A stretch of 31,657 bases of DNA from a virus. Its lineage: Duplodnaviria; Caudoviricetes. The notes beneath the pieces are model-generated. The model was not told the DNA's origin and searched no databases. It was given only the letters and a program-made list of their open reading frames with translations. This document shows positions 1 to 6,625 of this stretch, one piece after another. Position 1 is the first letter of the stretch, and each line of letters opens with the position of its first letter. The position numbers and the translations under genes are program-made. The DNA is taken from positions 1 through 31,657 of the IMG/VR virus record IMGVR_UViG_3300049182_000073. One strand, written 5' to 3'.

Positions 1-73
1 GGCCTATCCGACTCCTGCCTTCGCGTGACGGCCTCGTTGGCCAGAAGCACAATCGTTGTGCCGACCCGAATGC

Positions 74-124
74 GGTAAAACAGGTAAAGGAATCCTTGAC
101 CCGTTTTACCTTCCTCAGTAGGCT
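74..124 (+). promoter_or_regulatory. sigma70-type promoter of the c4/BRO operon, overlapped by a 17-bp imperfect inverted repeat
   Basis: TTGACC (96-101), 17-bp spacer, TAGGCT (119-124). GGTAAAACAGGTAAAGG (74-90) and CCTTGACCCGTTTTACC (94-110) are 15/17 complementary and cover the -35. Confidence 0.7.
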
Positions 125-130
125 GTGACC

Positions 131-216
131 GTCGCTGCCAATTCAGCGACCGGGTTTGGCGACCCGAGCACGTTAGGCGCAACAGCGCCACCAACTTCAA
201 AGCAGGCGCTTTTTTT
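131..216 (+). promoter_or_regulatory. c4-a1b1-like leader: upstream C4 target sites plus terminator/antiterminator
   Basis: Hairpins GTCGCTG/CAGCGAC (131-150) and CGGGT-TTGGCG-ACCCG (151-166). Targets TTGGCGA (156-162) and ACGTTAGG (170-177). Stem AGCGCC (184-189)/GGCGCT (205-210) followed by a T run (210-216), competing with GGCGC (176-180)/GCGCC (185-189). Confidence 0.75.
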
Positions 217-231
217 GTGCCCGCTGCTTTG

Positions 232-313
232 TTATGGCGGCTGTGCGTGGGAGACCCTCGGGTCTGCCGGGTTCCTAACGTCCCGGTTCGCCAACCTGCG
301 TACAGCTGCCACC
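232..313 (+). ncRNA. c4: C4 antisense RNA (P1/P7 c4-like)
   Basis: Closing stem TGGCGGCTGTGCGTGG / CCTGCGTACAGCTGCCA. Internal hairpins AGACC-CTCG-GGTCT and CCGGG-loop-CCCGG. Exposed CCTAACGT (274-281) and TCGCCAA (288-294) are exact reverse complements of sites present both upstream and downstream. Confidence 0.85.
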
Positions 314-316
314 TAT

Positions 317-362
317 ATCGTTTGGCGACGATCTGTGGCAGCTCCCGCTTACGTTAGGAGCT
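317..362 (+). promoter_or_regulatory. Downstream C4 target sites (b2/a2-like) overlapping the RBS of the next ORF
   Basis: TTGGCGA (322-328) lies in hairpin ATCGT-TTGGCG-ACGAT. ACGTTAGG (351-358) overlaps SD AGGAG (356-360). AGCTCC (340-345) can pair with GGAGCT (357-362). Confidence 0.75.
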
Positions 363-366
363 CCAG

Positions 367-525
367 ATGACTGCTCTCATTCCGTTCAAAATCCGCGCCC
401 TTGCCCATCGCCGCATGGCTCTCGCCGCGCTGCACGCTAACTCCTCCCTCTCCACCCGCCTCAAGCGCTACAACCACCACATGCACCAGGTGCGCGTTCT
501 GGAAACGCACGGCGGTGCTCTATGA
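367..525 (+). CDS. 52-aa basic protein in the icd/kil position (not in ORF track): MTALIPFKIRALAHRRMALAALHANSSLSTRLKRYNHHMHQVRVLETHGGAL
   Basis: SD AGGAG 6 nt before ATG367; stop overlaps the next start (ATGA 522-525); position directly after the C4 targets matches P1 icd. Confidence 0.7.
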   Translation: MTALIPFKIRALAHRRMALAALHANSSLSTRLKRYNHHMHQVRVLETHGGAL

Positions 526-728
526 GAAGGCCTTACAGTCTCACCGATGCCGATCTGTTTGATTTGGAACGGGTTCGGGATTCGCTTGCCCTGGTGCATG
601 CGCTCGCCCAGCAGGCCGACCACCCCGGCCTGTACACGCCTCAAATGCTGGCCGGCTTCCTGGACAGGATCTGCACCGATCTGGAAAGCGTGATTCGCTC
701 TGCGAACAGCAATTCACGCCGTATCTGA
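522..728 (+). CDS. Hypothetical 68-aa helical protein of the c4-controlled operon
   Basis: ATGA coupling to the upstream ORF; plausible amphipathic sequence. Confidence 0.6.
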   Translation: MRRPYSLTDADLFDLERVRDSLALVHALAQQADHPGLYTPQMLAGFLDRICTDLESVIRSANSNSRRI

Positions 729-732
729 AGCG

Positions 733-765
733 TCAAAGGGTATCGGCAGTACCGACACCCTTTGA
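733..765 (+). repeat. Intergenic imperfect palindrome resembling the BRO-N internal palindrome
   Basis: TCAAAGGGTATCGGC-AGT-ACCGACACCCTTTGA, 13 of 15 positions pair. Confidence 0.8.
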
Positions 766-815
766 TTCACTCTTGGACGGCTTGATGCCGACAACCCCGC
801 ACAGTGAGAAAAACA

Positions 816-1619
816 ATGTCGATGCCCTCAATCTTTGAATTCGAAACCCTCCCCGTTCGCGTCGATACTGCCGAGGACGGCGAAACGTGGTTCGTCGCTT
901 CAGACGTATGCCGAGTTCTGGACATAGCGAAACCAGAAAATGCCTACATCCGGCTGGATGATGACGAAAGGGGTACCCGTACTATGGGTACCCCTGGTGG
1001 TCCCCAGCAGGTGGTGATGATCAATGAGGCGGGTTTATATAGCCTGGTGCTCACAAGCAGAAAGCCCCAAGCAAAACGGTTCAAGCGCTGGGTCACCCAT
1101 GACGTCCTGCCGTCGCTACGGACAACCGGCAGCTACTCCCTCGGCGAAAAGCTCACCGTCAGCCAACAGATCAGCATGTCGAAGCACCGCCTGGGGCTGA
1201 TGAAAGAGCTGATGCGCAGCCGCAACAAGGTCATGCGGGAAGCGCTGGGAGCGGAGATCATGCGTTTGTCAGGATCCATGGGGTTGCCGGTACCGGATCT
1301 GGATGGCCTCGGCAGCGTCGAGCCTCCCCAGGCCGACCTCGTCGCCGACTTCTGGGCCGCGCTGCTGCAGCTGGATTCCAAAGCGATCGCCTACAACCAC
1401 TCCAAGGATCCGCAGCTGATCAGTCTGAACATGCCGCACCTGGTCGAACTGTTCGCCGCAAATGGCATCCAGACCGTGATCAGCACCGATGTCACGAATT
1501 CCCTGAAGCGCTGCACCGATCCGCAGTTTTTGGGAATGAAGGCTGTGGACAGCACGATCCGCAAAACCACGACCAAGTGCTGGGTGTTTAAGAAGCCTGT
1601 CCGCATCCAAGCTCAGTGA
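816..1619 (+). CDS. BRO-N domain antirepressor-like protein with an atypical C-terminal domain
   Basis: BRO-N motifs WFVASDVCRVL, INEAGLYSLVLTSRKPQAKRFKRWVTHDVLPSLRTTGSY. Start is one of 804/816/822. Confidence 0.85.
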   Translation: MSMPSIFEFETLPVRVDTAEDGETWFVASDVCRVLDIAKPENAYIRLDDDERGTRTMGTPGGPQQVVMINEAGLYSLVLTSRKPQAKRFKRWVTHDVLPSLRTTGSYSLGEKLTVSQQISMSKHRLGLMKELMRSRNKVMREALGAEIMRLSGSMGLPVPDLDGLGSVEPPQADLVADFWAALLQLDSKAIAYNHSKDPQLISLNMPHLVELFAANGIQTVISTDVTNSLKRCTDPQFLGMKAVDSTIRKTTTKCWVFKKPVRIQAQ

Positions 1620-1625
1620 CAGCGC

Positions 1626-1659
1626 GCCCTTACCGTCCAGGTAATCAGACGGTAAGGGC
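1626..1659. terminator. 12-bp perfect inverted repeat after the BRO gene (terminator or protein-binding site)
   Basis: GCCCTTACCGTC-N10-GACGGTAAGGGC; no strong U tract. Confidence 0.5.
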
Positions 1660-1713
1660 TTCCATCACCTACACTTACTAGTCACCCTTGTAACAGTTGA
1701 CCAGGAGATTGGA

Positions 1714-1923
1714 ATGCGAGACCAGGACGCGGAAACTGTCGCCGATGTGTTGGAGCTACTCAGCTTGAACCAGGAAGCGTTGAGCGCATGTATCGATGAG
1801 CTTGCGCTCCATCTATTGAAAACCGGCGCAACCGACCTGCACGCAAACATCACGTCCGCGCTGACCACGCTTGAAACCAACGCCCAAGGCATCAATAGCG
1901 CAATTGGGCTTTTGCGCGGTTAG
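1714..1923 (+). CDS. Hypothetical 69-aa helical protein
   Basis: SD AGGAG upstream; fills the gap convergent to umuC; heptad-like Leu pattern. Confidence 0.65.
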   Translation: MRDQDAETVADVLELLSLNQEALSACIDELALHLLKTGATDLHANITSALTTLETNAQGINSAIGLLRG

Positions 1924-1948
1924 AGAAACCGATAATCGCCCGAACTGC

Positions 1949-3229
1949 TTATTTAGCGTTGACCGTCCAGAGTTGGTCGATCTTCGTCGTGAAACTGCGG
2001 CTCATCAGATCGCGTCGCATCGCCCATTCCGGGTTGCTGGGCACACTTGCAGCACGAAGCGTTCCCCTTCCCCATCGACTATTGATTTCATCCAGGACGG
2101 TCATAACCTTTTCAGCGGCAATAGGTTGTGTCTGGGCAAACAAATCGTCCGTAAACTCACCTGGCTGTCGGAGGTCCATCAATAGCACCTCAGCCTTACT
2201 GTATTTGAAACCCGATCGAAACAGCCGGTGGACAGCCTCGGTCGCCGCTTTGGTCAACAGACGCACATCATTGGTTGGGTACGGCAGTTCTACCAACGCC
2301 CCGTTGGCGTATTTGGCTTCCTCCGGGTTAAACATACCGGTGCGGATACTGACGCGAATTTTCTTGCACAGGGAGTTTTGGGCTCGCAGCTTTTCCGAAG
2401 CTCGGTGCGTGTAGCTGGCCACCGCCTCTTTGATCGGATCGATGTCAGTCAGACGTTTGCCGAACATCCGGCTGCAGCAAATTTCCTGCTTTGGCGCCTC
2501 GGCCTCATCCAACTCCAGACAAGGCGTGCCGGCGAGCTCGCGGGCCGTCTTTTCAATCACCACGCTAAATTTTTTTCGAAGTGTCCACGGATCGGACTGG
2601 GCCAGGTCCATGGCCGTCTTGATTCCCATAGCCTCAAGGTGTGCCTTCATACGCCTGCCCACGCCCCACACCTCGCCGACATCGGTGTTACGCAACGTCC
2701 AGTCACGCTTGAACGGATCGCAGAGGTCAACCACCCCTCCCGTAACATCCAGCAATCGCTTTGCCGTGTGGTTTGCCAGTTTGGCGAGAGTTTTTGTCCG
2801 TGCAATGCCGACACCCACTGGAATGCCGGTTCGTTTGTAAATGGTTGCGCGGACGCTACGGCCGAACTGCGTCAGATCTCCAGGAATACCGGTCAGGTCG
2901 GCGAATGCCTCGTCGATGCTATAAACCTCCAGCGCGGGCACCATGGATTCGATGATGGACATCACTCGCTGGCTCATATCGCCGTACAAAGCATAATTAC
3001 TGCTGAAGGCCACCACGCCATGGCGGCGCAGGTCGTCTTTGATTTGGAAATACGGTGCCCCCATCTTCACAAACGGCTTAGCGTCATAGCTCCGAGCAAT
3101 CACGCAACCGTCATTGTTGGACAGCACGACGATCGGCGTCTTAGCAAGATCCGGGCGAAACGCACGTTCACAGCTTGCATAGAAGCTATTGCAGTCGATC
3201 AGACCAAAAACAGGCTCAGGCTTTTTCAT
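1949..3229 (-). CDS. umuC: Y-family DNA polymerase V subunit UmuC/RulB
   Basis: LIDCNSFYASCE, VLSNNDGCVIARS, YSIDEAF, C-terminal WAMRRDLMSRSFTT. Confidence 0.97.
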   Translation of the reverse strand: MKKPEPVFGLIDCNSFYASCERAFRPDLAKTPIVVLSNNDGCVIARSYDAKPFVKMGAPYFQIKDDLRRHGVVAFSSNYALYGDMSQRVMSIIESMVPALEVYSIDEAFADLTGIPGDLTQFGRSVRATIYKRTGIPVGVGIARTKTLAKLANHTAKRLLDVTGGVVDLCDPFKRDWTLRNTDVGEVWGVGRRMKAHLEAMGIKTAMDLAQSDPWTLRKKFSVVIEKTARELAGTPCLELDEAEAPKQEICCSRMFGKRLTDIDPIKEAVASYTHRASEKLRAQNSLCKKIRVSIRTGMFNPEEAKYANGALVELPYPTNDVRLLTKAATEAVHRLFRSGFKYSKAEVLLMDLRQPGEFTDDLFAQTQPIAAEKVMTVLDEINSRWGRGTLRAASVPSNPEWAMRRDLMSRSFTTKIDQLWTVNAK

Positions 3230-3647
3230 GGTTGCGTACGCTGTATTTCACTACGCCCCAGATCAGCAGCTCATCACCCTCCAGCACGTGGCGAGGGGGA
3301 TACTTGCTGTTTTCAGACATCAGGATGACGGTGCTTTCGCGCAGGTGCAGCCGTTTGCAAACGGGTTCGGCGTTGATTGTCGCTATCACAACGTCGCCAT
3401 GCTTGGCCTCAAGGCTCCGATCAACAATCACCAGATCGCCCCAGAAGATTCCCGCGCCACGCATGCTGTCACCTTCGATCTTCACCAGGTAGACGTGAGG
3501 TGCTCGGATATCAAAGAGCTCATCCAGCGAAATGTGTTGTTCGATGTGATCCGCCGCCGGGGACGGAAACCCCGCCGGCACTTGGAAAGAACAGAGCGGA
3601 AGCCTGTCACCACCTGCAGACAATGGACCGACGATTGTAAAACTCAT
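3216..3647 (-). CDS. umuD: DNA polymerase V subunit UmuD/RulA (S24 autopeptidase)
   Basis: VPAGFPSPAAD cleavage motif, GDSM catalytic Ser, CKRL Lys; overlaps the umuC start. Confidence 0.96.
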   Translation of the reverse strand: MSFTIVGPLSAGGDRLPLCSFQVPAGFPSPAADHIEQHISLDELFDIRAPHVYLVKIEGDSMRGAGIFWGDLVIVDRSLEAKHGDVVIATINAEPVCKRLHLRESTVILMSENSKYPPRHVLEGDELLIWGVVKYSVRNHEKA

Positions 3648-3667
3648 GATGCGAGACCTTACGATTA

Positions 3668-3687
3668 TACTGTACGTGCATACAGTA
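3668..3687. promoter_or_regulatory. LexA (SOS) box
   Basis: TACTGTACGTGCATACAGTA = CTGT-N8-ACAG (3670-3685), next to a minus-strand TATAAT (3664-3669) upstream of umuD. Confidence 0.92.
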
Positions 3688-3744
3688 AACGATCAAGCCC
3701 GATCGTGGTCAATCTCAAAGACAGGACATTCGACGGGTGACAGT

Positions 3745-4437
3745 ATGTGCGGACGCTACTCAATTTATGAACCGATGGATCACTACCTGAGGGAACTCGC
3801 TCCCCAGCAGTTGGTGATCAATGGCTATGACCTTTGGCCGATCGAACGGTACAACGTCGCGCCGACAACCCGGGTTGAGATCATCCAACAGGCAGAGGGT
3901 GGATTGAGCGTCGACAAAGTGCGCTGGGGATGGTCCCCCTTTTGGGCAAAAGGGAAACGTCCCGACCCAATTAACGCCAGAGTCGAGACGGTGATGACAG
4001 GAAAATTCTTCAAACAGCTGTGGCCAAACGGCCGGATCCTGGCGCCGGCTAATGGCTGGTTCGAGTGGGTAAAGGATCCAACCGACCCGAAGAAAAAGCA
4101 GCCATATTTCATAACTCTGAAGGACAAACGACCGATGTTCTTCGCCGCCCTGGGCGAGGTTCATCGCGGGATCGAGCCGGTCGAGAGCGATGGGTTTGTC
4201 ATCATCACGGCCGCCAGTGATGCAGGCATGGTCGATATCCATGACCGTCGCCCGCTCGTCCTGGCGCCGGAGCATGCGAGGGAGTGGATCGATCCAGGAA
4301 CGTCGACCGATCGGGCCGTGCAGATTGCGATGGAGTTCTGCCAGCCTACCGAGGATTTTATCTGGTATGAGGTAGAGAAGGAGGTTGGGAACGTTCGCAA
4401 TCAAGGATCTCAGCTTATAGTCCCTAAGGTCAGGTAG
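3745..4437 (+). CDS. SOS response-associated peptidase (SRAP/YedK/HMCES family)
   Basis: N-terminal MCGRY fixes the start at 3745, not 3646; RYNVAPT, INARVET, GWFEW, IHDRRP, VGNVRN. Confidence 0.95.
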   Translation: MCGRYSIYEPMDHYLRELAPQQLVINGYDLWPIERYNVAPTTRVEIIQQAEGGLSVDKVRWGWSPFWAKGKRPDPINARVETVMTGKFFKQLWPNGRILAPANGWFEWVKDPTDPKKKQPYFITLKDKRPMFFAALGEVHRGIEPVESDGFVIITAASDAGMVDIHDRRPLVLAPEHAREWIDPGTSTDRAVQIAMEFCQPTEDFIWYEVEKEVGNVRNQGSQLIVPKVR

Positions 4438-4551
4438 CGCTGCCGCAATTAGCGCTTGGATTTTTCTACCGCAGCGTGTTAAATCGCTTACTCAAGCTTA
4501 TTTTGGAGAAAATCTCCTAAAACGGCCCCAGGAAGCGAAAGAGAGCTTAAT

Positions 4552-5892
4552 GTGATCATTGACCTGACCGTAAAAAATTTCCGGTCCCTCAGGGATGAGC
4601 AGATTTTCAGCATGAATGTTGAGAGTCCAAAATCGCACCTTCTAGCGAACGTCGCTAAGACGGACAACGAGAAGATCAACATACTCAAAACAGCTGGAAT
4701 ATACGGCGCCAACGCCTCAGGGAAATCGAATCTATTGCTTGCGTTCCGCGCGCTTCAGTGGATTGCCGATGATTCAGGCGACTTGAAGGACGGAGAAAAT
4801 ATTCCGTGCTACGAGCCATATCGCCTCTCCAAGGAAACAGTTAGGCAGCCTATATCATTTGAGGTTGAATTTCTGAATGATGACGACTTACGTTACATAT
4901 ATAGCGTAACCTACAACCGCAAAGAAATAATCTCAGAAAGCCTTGATTTTTATCCGTCACGCCAACGCGCCAATATCTTCCGCAGAACGGAAGGCGACAC
5001 TTGGGAAACCATTAGTTTCGGAAGCCACTATAAAGGCGGAATTAAGCGCATCCCTTTCTTTAAGAACAATTCATACTTAGCAAAAGCCGGAAACAACGCC
5101 GCCGCTTCAGAAATAGTAAAATCGGTATACCACTACTTTCGGAGAATATTTCGTTCAGGCCTGAAACGTCCGTTAGACGCAACATTTTTTTATGAAAGTC
5201 CAGCCGCACTCAATCATGTGGCAAAAGTCCTTTCGCACGTAGACACCGGCATTATCGACGTAACGCGTAAAGAGAAAAAGCTTGATAGTTATTTTGCGAC
5301 AATAGGCTCTGATATTCGCGAAGACATACGAAAAGAATTGGAACGGCGCAACAAATACGACTTCATATTTACCCGAAAGTCGGAAGAAGGCGATATTGTG
5401 AAGTTTTCGCTAGATCATGAATCTGATGGCACGCAAAAGCTATTTAATTTTCTTCCAGTGTTATGCATGGCTTTTGCCGCAGGCTCGGTACTAATTATGG
5501 ATGAGCTTGATAATAGCTTTCATCCTCACATTGCCGAACTGATAATCAAGCTTTTCCATGATCCAGAAGTCAACCACGGTAATGCGCAGCTAATTTTCAG
5601 CACCCACAACATAAATTTGATGTCTCCTCAACTCATGAGGCGAGACCAGGTATGGTTCACCGAAAAGAAGAATGGTGCTTCGACTCTTTATTCCTTGGAC
5701 GAATTTGATAAATCAACGGTTAAATCCAGCACCCCTTATAGCCACTGGTACGATGAAGGTCGGTTCGGTGCGCTCCCCCAGATTAGCTACAGTGAAATAG
5801 CCAATCTGCTGTCGGTGGAAAACCTCCACGATAAATTCTTTGCGGACCACGACGAGGACGGAACGATCCGGACGGGAGAGATTGATGGCTAA
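4552..5892 (+). CDS. ABC-type/AAA_21 ATPase, RloA/AbiLi-like; putative defence sensor
   Basis: VKNFRS, Walker A GANASGKS, ESDGT signature, Walker B LIMDELDNSFHP, FSTHN, RRDQVWFTEK, GRFGALP; AT-rich relative to flanks. Confidence 0.88.
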   Translation: MIIDLTVKNFRSLRDEQIFSMNVESPKSHLLANVAKTDNEKINILKTAGIYGANASGKSNLLLAFRALQWIADDSGDLKDGENIPCYEPYRLSKETVRQPISFEVEFLNDDDLRYIYSVTYNRKEIISESLDFYPSRQRANIFRRTEGDTWETISFGSHYKGGIKRIPFFKNNSYLAKAGNNAAASEIVKSVYHYFRRIFRSGLKRPLDATFFYESPAALNHVAKVLSHVDTGIIDVTRKEKKLDSYFATIGSDIREDIRKELERRNKYDFIFTRKSEEGDIVKFSLDHESDGTQKLFNFLPVLCMAFAAGSVLIMDELDNSFHPHIAELIIKLFHDPEVNHGNAQLIFSTHNINLMSPQLMRRDQVWFTEKKNGASTLYSLDEFDKSTVKSSTPYSHWYDEGRFGALPQISYSEIANLLSVENLHDKFFADHDEDGTIRTGEIDG

Positions 5893-6532
5893 GCCACGGA
5901 AGGCAGATACTCGAAAAATCCGCAACAAAATGCATATTTATTGTGAGGGCGCGAAAACCGAACCAAACTACATAAATGCTTATATTAACAGCCTTGAAAA
6001 CCGAGCACTACGTAGCGTAATAGTTGTTGAGCCGACCAAAAAGAATACGCCTATTCAATTGGTTGATGTTGCAGTTCAACACAAGCGCAGTCGATCAACG
6101 CCGGCGGGAGACGTATTCTGGGTGGTATATGACAGAGAGTCCACCATCAAATACCCAGACTTGATGCACGACAAGGCCTACAACAAAGCCAGAGATAACA
6201 ATATTAATATCGCGCTTTCAAATGTGTGCTTTGAGCAATGGATTTTGATGCATTTTTTACCAAATGCACAGCCGTACTCTTGCTTCGATGACCTCTGGCA
6301 AAACAGTAAACTTAGGGAAAAAATCCTTTCGCGAACCGGAAGTAATTATGACAAGTCCGGCACGACTCTCTTCCCATATCTTGCTGACGACATTGCGACA
6401 GCTCGCACCATAGCTGCTGCGATTAACAAGAATACACTGGCTTCAGCAGCTCCAGGAAGAAACAAGCCTCACCACTTAAACCCCTACACTGACATCCCGA
6501 AACTTTTAGATGCTATAGATGAATTTGAATAA
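5885..6532 (+). CDS. RloB-like (AbiLii-like) protein
   Basis: IYCEGAKTEPNY, WVVYDRE, SNVCFEQWILMHF, NPYT motifs; ATG5885 overlaps the ATPase stop by 8 bp. Confidence 0.88.
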   Translation: MAKPRKADTRKIRNKMHIYCEGAKTEPNYINAYINSLENRALRSVIVVEPTKKNTPIQLVDVAVQHKRSRSTPAGDVFWVVYDRESTIKYPDLMHDKAYNKARDNNINIALSNVCFEQWILMHFLPNAQPYSCFDDLWQNSKLREKILSRTGSNYDKSGTTLFPYLADDIATARTIAAAINKNTLASAAPGRNKPHHLNPYTDIPKLLDAIDEFE

Positions 6533-6625
6533 AGAGATTGTTCAAATAGCGCACCATGAGCCTGGCTAGAGCCGAACAGCCCTAGCCTTTCAGATCTCCT
6601 TTCGTAACGTAGCTTGATCACATAT

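Noticed and set aside
125-370. 81-aa ORF resembling 'Ash family' annotations
   Set aside because: Its GTG abuts the predicted -10, so it lies upstream of the likely transcription start with no SD. It coincides with the structured C4 RNA, which explains the apparent conservation.
3646-3744. N-terminal extension of the SRAP ORF
   Set aside because: SRAP needs Cys2 at the N-terminus, and the extension spans the LexA box and promoter.
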